A stretch of DNA of 64,000 bases from Nitrosopumilus sp. (GCA_965197525.1 OZ240211.1:960001-1024000); one strand, 5' to 3'. Counted from the first letter of the stretch, positions 30,245-41,387 are shown. Made by a program: numbers and translations. Notes: a model not told the origin generated them from the letters alone.

Positions 30245-31387
30245 CTAAGATATGCCAAGATCGGTGAATGTTTTAAGTGTCAGCCCATCAGAGTTTGATA
30301 GTTTAGCAATTCTATGCCCAACGACATATTCGATATCAGCATTTCGTGCGCCTTCTAACAGTCTTTGAGTGATAATACCGTCTAGTAACAAGTATTTGAT
30401 GCCAGATTGTGTGGATAATTTGCTAACGACTTCACTGATTGGGACTTTAAAGATCTCAGTTTGATCACTGTCTAATGCAACCGCCTCTAGTGTTTCATTG
30501 AGAGCCGGGAAGACTTTGTTTGCCATATCTGCAAGAGACTGGTCGTCTGCATTCTGTAACACAGGTGAAGGTTTCCCATCTCTGATCTCATCTGCAACGG
30601 GTCTTAAGATTTCATCAATTCTCTGAGGAGTTAATTCCTCGACTTCTACACCTGTATCTGCTTGTAATTCATAGTCTAGGGTTACAACAGACTTTAGCTC
30701 CTTGAGAATAAATCCACCTGCTCTGTCACCATCAAGAAATGCAACAACCGTATCCTTAGAGTTACACAACTCTTTGATAGATTCATCTATCTTTGCGCCC
30801 TCGATTGCAAGTACGTTATCATATCCAGCTCGTAAGAGATTGATAACATCAGCTCTTCCTTCAACTAGTATTACCCAGTTTGAATCAAAGACGCCGGAAC
30901 TACAAGTTAATTTTGATGGGCCGTATGTAGATAGTTTCCCAGTATCGCCTTGATGAACGTCATTTAACATGCTCTCGCCTTCACTAACAGTTTTAGTTGC
31001 CCATTTTTGCTTGATCTCTTTTGCACGTTTTACAATCTCATCTTTCTTTGCAGCGCGTACATCATCGATAGCATCTAATTGGAATTTGCAATCAAATGGG
31101 CCTACTTTGTCAATGCTCTCAATTCCTGCAGCAATTAATGCACATGTATCAATATCGGTGCTCATTGGAATTAACGCATCACCGTTAGTAGTGTTAGATG
31201 TAGATCGAGTATTGACTTCGATACGACCTACTTTGGACACTCTCTGAAGCTCATTAAGATTCATCTCTGGGCCTAACAGTCCTTCTGTTTGACCAAAGAT
31301 GGCTCCGATTATGTCTGCTCGTTCAACGAGTCCATCAACGTCATAGGAAAGTTTAACATGATATTTGACAATTCCTGATTGAGGCAT
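30245..31387 (-). CDS. dnaG: Archaeal DnaG-type primase (exosome-associated)
   Basis: DIIGAIFGQTEGLLG, ILVEGRADV and FLDGDRAG TOPRIM motifs. Confidence 0.95.
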   Translation of the reverse strand: MPQSGIVKYHVKLSYDVDGLVERADIIGAIFGQTEGLLGPEMNLNELQRVSKVGRIEVNTRSTSNTTNGDALIPMSTDIDTCALIAAGIESIDKVGPFDCKFQLDAIDDVRAAKKDEIVKRAKEIKQKWATKTVSEGESMLNDVHQGDTGKLSTYGPSKLTCSSGVFDSNWVILVEGRADVINLLRAGYDNVLAIEGAKIDESIKELCNSKDTVVAFLDGDRAGGFILKELKSVVTLDYELQADTGVEVEELTPQRIDEILRPVADEIRDGKPSPVLQNADDQSLADMANKVFPALNETLEAVALDSDQTEIFKVPISEVVSKLSTQSGIKYLLLDGIITQRLLEGARNADIEYVVGHRIAKLSNSDGLTLKTFTDLGIS

Positions 31388-31534
31388 AAATTCTTCATCT
31401 CCTTTATCATTATACAGTTAGTCACTTTTCTGGATATATGAGGGTATCGCATTAGTTTGTCTAAAATTAAAAATTTTTTGAAAAATGCAGTAAAAAGTAG
31501 AAGTATAGAAAAATGAAAAATAGCGATTTTGTGA

Positions 31535-31885
31535 TTATTCAGTACTAAAAGAGTGACCGCATGAACAGGACTTTGTAACATTTGGATTGTTAATCTTAAA
31601 TCCAGAGCCCATAAGGCTTTCAATATAGTCTACGCTTGCACCTTGTAGATGATCAACACTGTAGCTGTCGACGAGTAGCTTCACTCCGTTCTCTTCCATG
31701 ACTATGTCATCATCTTCTGGTGCTTTCTCAAAGCCCATTCCATAAGATAGACCGGAACAGCCGCCACCTTGTACGTACACTCTAAGGTACTCTGGAGATT
31801 CGGCTTCTTCCTTCATAAACTCATGAATCTTTTCAGCTGCTTTGGCAGTGACTGTGATCATTTTTTGTGTTTGCTCAGTTGCCAT
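31535..31885 (-). CDS. A-type Fe-S cluster carrier (IscA/ErpA/HesB)
   Basis: GGGCSGLSY and CSCGHSF motifs. Confidence 0.94.
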   Translation of the reverse strand: MATEQTQKMITVTAKAAEKIHEFMKEEAESPEYLRVYVQGGGCSGLSYGMGFEKAPEDDDIVMEENGVKLLVDSYSVDHLQGASVDYIESLMGSGFKINNPNVTKSCSCGHSFSTE

Positions 31886-32251
31886 TATAAGTAAAAATAG
31901 CGATTTAAATTATAATAATCTTTTCCTACGAGGTAGGCGGTGTAAATGTAGCGTAGAGCAAGACGTGATCTGTGCTCAAAGTCGCACGCTCAGATCATGG
32001 TTTGAGAAATTACAGTAGACGATTGCTTTATACTGCCAATATGAGCAGACTGCCAAACTAGAGTACATGGATAACTCCAACGAGAACCACAGATACAGCA
32101 ACAATAACAAAAAAACCTACTGCTCCTACAAGGATTGACTATAAAGAAAAAAACATTGTGTATAGACGAATCATAATTTTTGATGGATTTAAGACTGAGT
32201 CGTAAAGAGATTTATTGATTTTACAATAGGATTATAAACATTATTTCTTAT

Positions 32252-33531
32252 GGTTCTGTCGGGTTAACGGGTGCTGAGCAATAAATAATTAACCTTGCAT
32301 TCTATACTACGTGTTGAAGGCACACAAGTCAATAGCACAAAAACATACTCCAAACTCCGACCTAATGGACATGATGGTTACATTCACAAAGATGGTCAAC
32401 CACTGCATCAGGATCGGGTTAAGGGAAGATACCCACAACATGAAGCGGATGTCTATATTATGTTACCACGAACTCAGAAACTACGACATTTTATCTTCGT
32501 ACAAACTCAATGCAATATCAAGAGCTGCCGGCATCCTGGCAAATAGAGATCAATCAGTCAAACGTGGCATCAAAGTTAGGTACCCAGTCGTAAAAAATCC
32601 GTTTATCACAAACTGTTACGGCATAAAACATAATGGTGCTCTGTTGACAATCCCGTACAAGAACAGAAACCCTATCAACATCTTGCTGAACGAACACACT
32701 CAAAAAATACTGTCCGATCCCGCCTTGACGGTATGCTCATTTTCATTGACTGCCTTCAACATCAGTCTTTGTATTTCGAAAGAAGTACGAGAGATAGAGT
32801 GTACCAAGACAGTGGGAATAGACAGAAATCTTAGAAATGTAACCTGTGGAAATTACGAAGAGGTGACATTCTACAAAACCAACAAGTTGTTATCCATCAA
32901 AGAGAACACAATACATGCTAGAACTGGTTTTCGCAGAAATGACCGAAGAAAGAAAGGTCAATTCTACAAAGAAAGGCAACGAAGAATGTCCAACAGAACG
33001 AAACAATACCTGCACAGAATCTCAAAAAGCATAGTGGATAACGCTGTCAAGAAGAAGACTGTCATCGTACTTGAGAATCTGAAAGGAATTAGAAAACTGT
33101 ACAAAAAAGGAAACGGTCAAGGTAACAAATACAGGCGTAGAATGAATGGATGGCAATTCTTTGAACTACAACGCCAAATAGAATACAAAGCCCAATGGGT
33201 CGGGCTCCCAATCAAATTTGTAGACCCAAAACGCACGAGCACGCAATGTCCAAGATGCGGAAAGAAACTCCAAGAGGACATGCAACACAGTCGTAAAATG
33301 TCGTGTAATAATTGCGGATTATACATGGATAGAGATATCATCGCTGCCATGAACATATCACGCAAACTGTCCCCTAGGTTTAGGGATAGTAGAGATGGCA
33401 TACATGAAGCGCAGTCTGGCATTTTTGAGCCAGCAATGATGGAATCCAGTACACCGGTAATCCAGATAGTCGATATGTCAAAGTCGGGTAGTCGGTGCGT
33501 TACTTGAAGCACCCGTTAACCCGACAGAACC
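32252..33531 (+). mobile_element. Non-autonomous tnpB element with 24-bp perfect terminal inverted repeats and an 8-bp target-site duplication
   Basis: Left TIR GGTTCTGTCGGGTTAACGGGTGCT (32252-32275); right TIR AGCACCCGTTAACCCGACAGAACC (33508-33531); TTTCTTAT at 32244-32251 and 33532-33539. Confidence 0.93.
32311..33507 (+). CDS. tnpB: TnpB RNA-guided endonuclease (IS200/IS605 OrfB, Cas12f-like)
   Basis: RuvC-I VGIDRNL, RuvC-II VLENLKGI, TSTQCPRCG...CNNCG zinc finger and RuvC-III DRDIIAAMNI. Confidence 0.95.
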   Translation: MLKAHKSIAQKHTPNSDLMDMMVTFTKMVNHCIRIGLREDTHNMKRMSILCYHELRNYDILSSYKLNAISRAAGILANRDQSVKRGIKVRYPVVKNPFITNCYGIKHNGALLTIPYKNRNPINILLNEHTQKILSDPALTVCSFSLTAFNISLCISKEVREIECTKTVGIDRNLRNVTCGNYEEVTFYKTNKLLSIKENTIHARTGFRRNDRRKKGQFYKERQRRMSNRTKQYLHRISKSIVDNAVKKKTVIVLENLKGIRKLYKKGNGQGNKYRRRMNGWQFFELQRQIEYKAQWVGLPIKFVDPKRTSTQCPRCGKKLQEDMQHSRKMSCNNCGLYMDRDIIAAMNISRKLSPRFRDSRDGIHEAQSGIFEPAMMESSTPVIQIVDMSKSGSRCVT

Positions 33532-33700
33532 TTTCTTATATACATCCAATATGTCTATCAGATATTACGTGGATAACCATTTGAAAATTCGTAACAGATA
33601 TTGTATAATTTGTACATTTTAACCGATATGTTTATCGTGTTGTCAACATACGGTACGATTTACACTTGTGCAGATTTACAAAATTTTAAAGACCTGTTTT

Positions 33701-33730
33701 CTTCTTCTTCTTCTTCTTCTTCTTCTTCTT
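33701..33730. repeat. (CTT)10 intergenic microsatellite
   Basis: Direct read of the sequence. Confidence 0.95.
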
Positions 33731-33835
33731 GATCAATCTTGATATGTAATGGAATAACAAATACTGTAATCACATCCAGCTTCTAATCTCAACAATGTAA
33801 GATTAGCTAATAAAAATAAAAGAATGAAAAATCGA

Positions 33836-34597
33836 CTATTTCTTTGATTTGTTAACAAAGGCAGTCATACGTTCTTCTCTGTCAGGATGAGTAAAGCAGT
33901 TTCTCCAAGCAAGTAGTTCTATTGAAAGACCTGTATCAAGATCAGCGTTTCTTCCTTTGTTGATTGCAACCTTGGACATTTGAACACCCATTAGAGAGTT
34001 TTTAGCTATCGCTTGTGCCATCTTGAGGGTCTCTTCTTGCAATGATTCAAGAGGGACTACATGATTTACAAGACCAATCTCTTTGGCTTCTTGGGCTTTG
34101 ATTAGTTTACCAGTGTAAACGAGCTCTTTTGCCTTTGCAATGCCTACAATTCTCATCAATCTTTGTGTTCCACCCCATCCGGGAGGAATACCTATAGTAA
34201 CTTCTGGCTGGCCTAGTCGTGCGGTCTCAGATGCGATTCTAATATCACAAGACATTGCAAGTTCGCATCCTCCTCCTAGTGCAAAGCCATTAACTGCTGC
34301 AATAGTCGGCTGTTTGACCAATTCTACAGTCGCAGTAACTAGCTGACCAATCTTTGCATACTCTACTGACTCATCAGCAGATATCTTTGACATGTATTCA
34401 ATATCAGCACCTGCTGAAAATGCTTTTTGACCCTCACCAGTTAGGATAATAACTTTGACACTATCATCATGATTTAATGCTTCAAAAGTTTTGATTAGTT
34501 CTTTTGCAACATCAATATTCATGGCATTGAGTTTCTCTGGTCTGTTAATAGTAGCAGTGCATATCCCATCAGAAGTAGATGTTAAAACTAGCGACAT
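33836..34597 (-). CDS. Enoyl-CoA hydratase, likely the 3-hydroxypropionyl-CoA dehydratase/crotonyl-CoA hydratase of the 3HP/4HB cycle
   Basis: [15 protein letters not shown] and [17 protein letters not shown] crotonase motifs; adjacent to an ADP-forming CoA ligase as in thaumarchaeal 3HP/4HB loci. Confidence 0.88.
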   Translation of the reverse strand: MSLVLTSTSDGICTATINRPEKLNAMNIDVAKELIKTFEALNHDDSVKVIILTGEGQKAFSAGADIEYMSKISADESVEYAKIGQLVTATVELVKQPTIAAVNGFALGGGCELAMSCDIRIASETARLGQPEVTIGIPPGWGGTQRLMRIVGIAKAKELVYTGKLIKAQEAKEIGLVNHVVPLESLQEETLKMAQAIAKNSLMGVQMSKVAINKGRNADLDTGLSIELLAWRNCFTHPDREERMTAFVNKSKK

Positions 34598-34636
34598 GAT
34601 AGACCTCCGAGTAATGAGAAACTTAAATGTTATCTA

Positions 34637-36754
34637 TTATTTTAGGTGTTTTCCCCATTGGTAGAGTGCAGAAGCTGCGGCACACCAATCTCTAAGATCA
34701 GAGTATACAGGAATTCCTCTCTCTTCGATGAGTTTTGAGACTTTTTCAGTATACGGACCACCATTGCCACCAACAAGAAGAGGTTTGGTTCTCTTCTTTG
34801 AGAATGCTGTCAGATAATCGACTATTATCTCATCGAGTGGATCGTCTTGAAATACAAACCAAGGCATAAGAATATCAACTCCTGGATCATCCATGTGAGA
34901 TTTGATTGTAAATTGGTAGTCCTCAGCAGTAGCACCACCAGTTACATCAGCAGGATTTCCACTGCCAATAACATATGTGGGTGGGAAATGTTTTAGCATC
35001 TTGTTCTTTGTTTTTTCAGAGACAGTAGCAAGTGAGAGATTTAGTCTATCAAATTGATCAATGGCTCCAATCATGGGTCCTGCACCGTTACTGCACAGGG
35101 CAGCCCTATTTCCTTTGGCAGCTGGCTGCCATGCAAGAGCCTTTGTTACTGCAACTAGTTCTTGATAACTGTCAACTGAGATGAGTCCTGCTTGTTTAAA
35201 TGCCCCCATAATAATTGCGTTAGAACCGCCAAGGGAACCAGTATGGGATGCGGCTTGTTTTGCACCTAGTTCAGTTCGCCCGCTCTTCCAAATTACAATA
35301 GGCTTCTTCTTCTCTTTCATAACTTTTTTAGCGGTGTTGATGAATTTTCTTCCATCTCCAAAACCCTCTACATACAATGCAATTACTTTGCTTTGAGGAT
35401 CATTTGCAAGATACCATATCATATCAGCCTCATCAACATCAGAACGATTGCCATAACTTACCATCTTTGACAATCCAAAAGAGTCAGCACTCTCCAAGAA
35501 ACTAATGCCCATAGTTCCGCTCTGTGACAAGAGGGCTACATTACCCAACTTTGCTCTAACCATCCTTTCTTGACCTTGGAATGCACAATCCAATCGATTT
35601 GCGGCATTAAACATTCCAATACAGTTAGGGCCAATAATTCTAATCTTGTGTTTTTCAGACAATTTTTTTACTTCAGCCTCGTATCCTGCTCGTTGACCTC
35701 CTAACTCTTTACCCCCGCCAGAGACTATCACAACACTATGAACTCCCTTCTTTGCACAATCCTCCAAGACAGGAGCTGTAATTGAGAGATCAACTGATAC
35801 TATAACAAGATCAACACGCCCAGGAATTGATGCAACGGAGGGATAACACTTTTGCCCAAATATTTTAGAGGCTTTTGGATTAATTGGATACACCTTACCC
35901 TTGAAATCATAATTTACAAGACTGTCCAATATAGAATTGCCAATCTTTCCCAGAGTTGATGACGCACCAACTAGGGCAACAGACTTTGGAGTAAAGAAAC
36001 TCTCCATAGATTCTTTGTTTGGTTTTGCTTTAGAGATCGAGTTTTTCCTTACTTTGTCATTTAAGATAATTTTGGCATCAACAATAAAATGAGATTTTGG
36101 ATATACTACAACCGGATTAAAGTCGATACTATTGATATAATCGGCATTATCTACACCTAGTTGTCCTATCTGCTTTAACATGGTGGCAACCATGTTAAGA
36201 TTAATGGGTTCGCTGCCTCTGAAACCTTTGAGAAGTTTTGAGCCCTTGAGCTCGTTTATCATGGATTTAGCATCAGCAGTTGTTATGGGAAGCATTCTAA
36301 AGGCAACGTCTTTCATTACTTCAGTCATTATTCCCCCTAGCCCCACCATTATGATAGGACCAAATTGAGGATCGTTTTGAATGCCTACAATTAGTTCAAC
36401 GCCTTTTGGAACCATCTTTTCAAGAAGAATTCCTTTGACATCAACGCCCCTCTTCTTAGATAGTCTGCCATGCATGTCCTCAAATGTTCTTTTTACATCA
36501 GCCACATTTTCTAGTCCAACCTTTACACCACCAACATCAGTTTTATGTAGAATTTGTGGGGATACTACCTTCATTACAAGAGGAAACCCAATTTTTTTGG
36601 CCTCTCTGGCTGCTTCTTTGGCAGAAGTTACTAGTGCAAATGGAGGAACTTGGAGACCATAATTTTTGAGAATAGATTTTGACAGCTCTTCAGTGATGAC
36701 CTTGTGGTCAGTTTGAATAGTATCTTCAAAAATTTTATTCCCAGATGAAATCAT
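34637..36754 (-). CDS. ADP-forming acyl-CoA synthetase, likely 3-hydroxypropionyl-CoA synthetase
   Basis: N-terminal ATP-grasp ([14 protein letters not shown]) fused to CoA-binding and ligase domains (GPNCIG, ASHTGSL). Confidence 0.88.
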   Translation of the reverse strand: MISSGNKIFEDTIQTDHKVITEELSKSILKNYGLQVPPFALVTSAKEAAREAKKIGFPLVMKVVSPQILHKTDVGGVKVGLENVADVKRTFEDMHGRLSKKRGVDVKGILLEKMVPKGVELIVGIQNDPQFGPIIMVGLGGIMTEVMKDVAFRMLPITTADAKSMINELKGSKLLKGFRGSEPINLNMVATMLKQIGQLGVDNADYINSIDFNPVVVYPKSHFIVDAKIILNDKVRKNSISKAKPNKESMESFFTPKSVALVGASSTLGKIGNSILDSLVNYDFKGKVYPINPKASKIFGQKCYPSVASIPGRVDLVIVSVDLSITAPVLEDCAKKGVHSVVIVSGGGKELGGQRAGYEAEVKKLSEKHKIRIIGPNCIGMFNAANRLDCAFQGQERMVRAKLGNVALLSQSGTMGISFLESADSFGLSKMVSYGNRSDVDEADMIWYLANDPQSKVIALYVEGFGDGRKFINTAKKVMKEKKKPIVIWKSGRTELGAKQAASHTGSLGGSNAIIMGAFKQAGLISVDSYQELVAVTKALAWQPAAKGNRAALCSNGAGPMIGAIDQFDRLNLSLATVSEKTKNKMLKHFPPTYVIGSGNPADVTGGATAEDYQFTIKSHMDDPGVDILMPWFVFQDDPLDEIIVDYLTAFSKKRTKPLLVGGNGGPYTEKVSKLIEERGIPVYSDLRDWCAAASALYQWGKHLK

Positions 36755-36925
36755 TCAATCGGTGAAATTAAAACTAAGTATATTAAACTTCTTAATTGAA
36801 TTTTTTAGACGTTTTAAACATAGTCAAGGGCTAGCAAAGCAGTAGCTTGTATTATAAAGAAGATTGCGTCCATTTTAGAAACGGTTTATCATATCAACTA
36901 TTTTGATTAGTTTTGACAGATGATG

Positions 36926-36948
36926 ATTATTATTATTATTATTATTAT
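36926..36948. repeat. (ATT)7 intergenic microsatellite
   Basis: Direct read of the sequence. Confidence 0.9.
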
Positions 36949-37951
36949 CTAAACCCATTATCATATAGTCAAAAACCAGATACGTCATAACCTAATAACA
37001 GCATAACAAAAACAAAAAACCAAGCACTTATTTGAAAAAATGATAGTATTAATTACACATACTATAATGGCATGAAAAATATAAAAAATTTTGAAATGAT
37101 TATTTCAAACTCTTTCGCAATACATCGTTTAACACAGCTGAAAAGCTGTACGATCTGCTTTGCTTTTTTATGATATCTGCTTGTTTAGACCTAAGCTTAC
37201 GGTCATTATCATCGTCTATCATGATGGTTACTCGTTTTGGCATATTAGTATATTAATACGATATTATATAAATTAAATTACTATTACAGTAAATATAGGA
37301 AATTAAATGTATTATTGCATCTTATCTAATATAATGAACACAAGTACATACAAAAGGAATTTAAAATAAAAATAGATATCGTAGCAAGAATAAAATGTAC
37401 AGTAGAGAGAATAACTGGAATATGTACAAGTGTAAGATAATCTTTCCTAAAAGTAGGAGAGACAGAAGAGAATAACGTGCAAGAATAAGCAAAAAATGCA
37501 GAATTTGCATATAATTAATCTTTAAAATAAAAATTAAATCAAGATTGTAAACAAAGTAACGACGATAAAAACAATCATATAAAAATATGTAGATCAGTAA
37601 TCTTAGTCTAGGTTTAGATGTATTGTGCCCACATAATAAATACAACTTGTATTACATATTCATATTGGAATAAGAATAGATGTACAGATCATATAACATC
37701 TAAGCTGATTTGATACAATCACAGTTTTTGGATATATGCCATCTATTCGTATCCATATTCAGTTGTGCCATTAATAGATGAAAGTGACAAATCATAACAA
37801 ATTCAAAGACGGATTATGCCACGCATTCATATAAAGGGCAAGATAGTAATTTGAGCATTAATTCATGGGATATGAGTATCAGGAGCAGTAAGATTAGAAC
37901 GATAACAAGTAACTTGCCAGAGAACGACTGCTAGCCTGGATAATATTTGAT

Positions 37952-39232
37952 CTAAGGCCAGATACCACGCAGCTCAAATGCTTCAACTACGCGTTTTACT
38001 GCAATAGCCATACAGGCTCTTCTCATATCAATTTTCTTGGTTTGAGCCATCTTAAAGGAGTCGTTGAATCCCTGAACGATATGAGCCTCCATAAGGTTTG
38101 CCACATGATCAAATTCCCAATACTGACCAGTGTTATTCTGAACCCATTCATAGTATGAGATTACCACGCCGCCTGCGTTTGCTAGAATATCTGGAATTAC
38201 AACAACATTGTTCTTAAACAATATTGGATCTGCCTTTGGTAGTGTAGGACCATTTGCAGCCTCACCAATAATCTTACACTGAATATTTTTTGCAATGTCT
38301 GTATCTATTTGATTCTCCAAAGCAGCAGGAATCAGAATATCACATTCGGTAGTTAGTAGCTCTTCTGTAGTTTTTTTCTTACTGCCGGGGAATCGTGCAA
38401 CAGATCCAGTTTTACGCTTCCATCTTTCAAGATCTCTCATCTTCATTCCTTTAGGATTAACGATACTGCCTTTTGAATCAGAGGCACCGATTACAACACA
38501 TCCCATCTTTTCTAAATACTTGCCAGCAAACGTTGCTGCATTTCCAAACCCTTGAAGAACAACTGTAGCGCCAGATAATGACAAATCGATTTGTTTGGCC
38601 GCTTCTCTAACACAATAAGCAGTTCCTAAACCAGTTGCAACGTTTCTTGCAAGTGAACCGCCCATTGGAATTGGTTTACCTGTAATCACGGCAGGTTGAT
38701 GAGTTACGCCATTGAGTTTTCCAAAAGTATCCATGATTTGTGTCATCTCAACGCCGGTTGTGTAGACGTCAGGTGCAGGAATATCCTTTTGTGGTCCTAT
38801 AATTTCAGAAATCATAAAAGCAAATCTTCGTGTCAAGCGAGCTAGTTCATCTTTACTAAGTTTCTCTGTTTTTGGATTGACATAGATAGCACCTTTTCCA
38901 CCGCCTAGGGGAACGCCTGCTATTGCAGTCTTCCAAGTCATCCACGCAGAGAGTGCCATAACCTCACGTTCCATGTACTCCACACCGCCTTCAGGATCAA
39001 AGTATCTAATCCCTCCCTTGTACGGTCCACGATCATTGTTGTGCTGACTTCTAAATCCAGTAAATACACGAATCTTACCATTATCAAGTTTTACGGGAAT
39101 TTTGACCCTCAGCATCTTATTTGGCATTTCAAGATACTTGCGCAGTCCTTCATCTCTAATTCCCAAGACATCACATGCATCATGGAGTTGTTTTGTAGCG
39201 TTTGCAAACGGATCTAGGCTAATCGTTGCCAT
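37952..39232 (-). CDS. gdhA: Glu/Leu/Phe/Val dehydrogenase (glutamate dehydrogenase)
   Basis: GPYKGGIRY, GGGKG, DIPAPDV, QGFGNAA and ANAGGV motifs. Confidence 0.93.
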   Translation of the reverse strand: MATISLDPFANATKQLHDACDVLGIRDEGLRKYLEMPNKMLRVKIPVKLDNGKIRVFTGFRSQHNNDRGPYKGGIRYFDPEGGVEYMEREVMALSAWMTWKTAIAGVPLGGGKGAIYVNPKTEKLSKDELARLTRRFAFMISEIIGPQKDIPAPDVYTTGVEMTQIMDTFGKLNGVTHQPAVITGKPIPMGGSLARNVATGLGTAYCVREAAKQIDLSLSGATVVLQGFGNAATFAGKYLEKMGCVVIGASDSKGSIVNPKGMKMRDLERWKRKTGSVARFPGSKKKTTEELLTTECDILIPAALENQIDTDIAKNIQCKIIGEAANGPTLPKADPILFKNNVVVIPDILANAGGVVISYYEWVQNNTGQYWEFDHVANLMEAHIVQGFNDSFKMAQTKKIDMRRACMAIAVKRVVEAFELRGIWP

Positions 39233-39904
39233 ATCAATTATATTCAGTTAAATATTGTTTATTTAAGTATGTTTCTTCTCATCCAACCTTCACAAATATC
39301 TCAAAAACATCCCAAATCTTGGCTTGAACATTACTAGAATCACGTCTCTAATACCACTACAGGCAAATACAAGATTATAATATGATAATCATATAGAATA
39401 TGAGACTAGTTGCCAGTCTTACTGTTTTTTTTTTTTGCTAATCAATCTTGCCATTTTAGATAAAATCAGCTTTGAGATGTTTTACGTATTCACAAACATA
39501 TCTTGTAGACAGGACAAGAGTACTGTCAAGTTAACATGGTGTTGTAAATTAAGAACAATAAAACCAAAAGATAAACTTGCAATTCCAAATATGATTTGCC
39601 AGTATGTAATATGCCAACATGACTAGATCATAGATAAAATGACTGCAAAATAATTTTGCAGGAAGGATTTTTCATAGTCAACATTAATACCGTAAATAAA
39701 TCATCATCATTGAATTTGTATTATAGTCACAAGAATCAATGAAAATACATACAAACACTAAGCGTTCAATGAATTTGATAAATTATGCAAAATATAAAAT
39801 GATTTTGTAATACCATACAAAAAAAATATCAGTTAGAGTATTGTATCAGATACTATCATGTATCAACGATGAGCTAAAAGCGTTGTAAAGATTGAATGCT
39901 TTAA

Positions 39905-40123
39905 TCAAAGTTTACCGTCAACAAAATCTTGTTTCAGCTCTTCAAGAAATTCAGCTGTTTCATCACGTGTATCTGACAAGTCAACACCGCTGTCACTATC
40001 ATTACTATCAATGCTGTCTTGAACGATCTGGCGCAATGCGCCGTTCTTGTGTGTCACAGTGTAGATATGAGTGACCCAGTCAGATTCTGCCACCTCAAGA
40101 TTACATACATTGCATTGTATCAT
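39905..40123 (-). CDS. Small C2H2-type zinc-finger protein
   Basis: MIQCNVC...WVTHIYTVTH; start taken at the internal ATG. Confidence 0.6.
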   Translation of the reverse strand: MIQCNVCNLEVAESDWVTHIYTVTHKNGALRQIVQDSIDSNDSDSGVDLSDTRDETAEFLEELKQDFVDGKL

Positions 40124-40166
40124 TTTAGAGTTATTTACAAAGATCATTAAAATAGTTTGGGCAGTG

Positions 40167-40556
40167 TTATTTTATATAGACTTTTTTGTAATTCATTTTT
40201 CGATCAAGGACATCAATTGCATCCACAAGTGCGTTGATATTCATTTCAAGGAAGTTTGAGAGATGGAATATTGCACCGTATCTATCACCAATCTTTGAGA
40301 CAATGTTGTTTCTTTCAAGAACTTTCATGTGATGTTGGACTGCTTTGTAATCAAGATCAAGTTTCTTGGATAATTGGTGGGTATTGTATGGTTGCTCCAA
40401 TAATTCTACAACTATTCGCAGACGGGTAAATCCACCTCTAGTACTTGTAAACAGGTAGAGTAACAGTTGTTTTGTATGCTTGTCAGGCGTCCTTGGTGTA
40501 GTAGATGATTGTTTTGACCTAAGGATCTCTTTGAATTCTAGTAACTGACTAGTCAT
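40167..40556 (-). CDS. ArsR-family winged-helix regulator
   Basis: STRGGFTRLRI and LDYKAVQHHMKVLE motifs. Confidence 0.85.
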   Translation of the reverse strand: MTSQLLEFKEILRSKQSSTTPRTPDKHTKQLLLYLFTSTRGGFTRLRIVVELLEQPYNTHQLSKKLDLDYKAVQHHMKVLERNNIVSKIGDRYGAIFHLSNFLEMNINALVDAIDVLDRKMNYKKVYIK

Positions 40557-40661
40557 TATATTAGCAATGGATTATAACCCTTAAAACTTTATTGCCATAT
40601 CTGCACCATATTGAAACAAGATAATTACCCTTAAATTGACTGAGATTAGACTTGTAATATT

Positions 40662-41387
40662 ATGATGGCATCACGTGGTTATGATATGACACCTACCATG
40701 TATTCTCCAGATGGTAGGATATACCAAGTCGAGTATGCTATAGAGACAGTAAAAAGAGGAACTTTAGCTATAGGAATCAAAAGTAAGCAGGGAATCATCA
40801 TGGCAGTAGAAGAGAAACCAAGAACGTTGCAGACTAGGGACGTTACACAGAAGATCTTTCAAGTTGACTATCATATTGGAGTTGCAGCAGCAGGATACAT
40901 TCCTGATGCACGCGTCCAAGTAGACAATGCCAGACTCTTTGCACAAGGAAATAGATTGACATATGATGAGTCAGTAGAGGTAGCAACAGTTGCCAAGCAT
41001 TTAGCAGACCAGGCTCATCAGTTTACACAATATGGAGGTGTACGCCCAAATGGGGTATCCATGATAATTGCAGGAATCGATCAAAAAGGAGAGTCAATTT
41101 ACATAACTGATCCTAGTGGAACGTATGTTCAATTTGCAGCCATTGCAATAGGAGCTGGTTCTGATGACGTAAACGCATTTCTCGAAGAACACTACAAAGA
41201 AGACATGAGTATAGATGATGCAGCATCGTTAGCTATAGCGGCAATTAATCTGAAAGTAGATACCAAGGATGAAGTAAATCACATAAAAATGGCAAAGATT
41301 ACAGCACAAGATAAAATATTTGAGAAGATTCCAGAGTCTGATTTGGAGAATTATTCCAAAAATGTTTCAAAATTTGCTGCATCATAG
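40662..41387 (+). CDS. psmA: Proteasome alpha subunit
   Basis: YDMTPTMYSPDGRIYQVEYA signature. Confidence 0.96.
   Translation: MMASRGYDMTPTMYSPDGRIYQVEYAIETVKRGTLAIGIKSKQGIIMAVEEKPRTLQTRDVTQKIFQVDYHIGVAAAGYIPDARVQVDNARLFAQGNRLTYDESVEVATVAKHLADQAHQFTQYGGVRPNGVSMIIAGIDQKGESIYITDPSGTYVQFAAIAIGAGSDDVNAFLEEHYKEDMSIDDAASLAIAAINLKVDTKDEVNHIKMAKITAQDKIFEKIPESDLENYSKNVSKFAAS

Noticed and set aside
37361-37645. 94-aa hydrophobic ORF
   Set aside because: Its composition is what AT-rich non-coding DNA yields (I/L/F/Y-rich), with no motifs; treated as decayed sequence.
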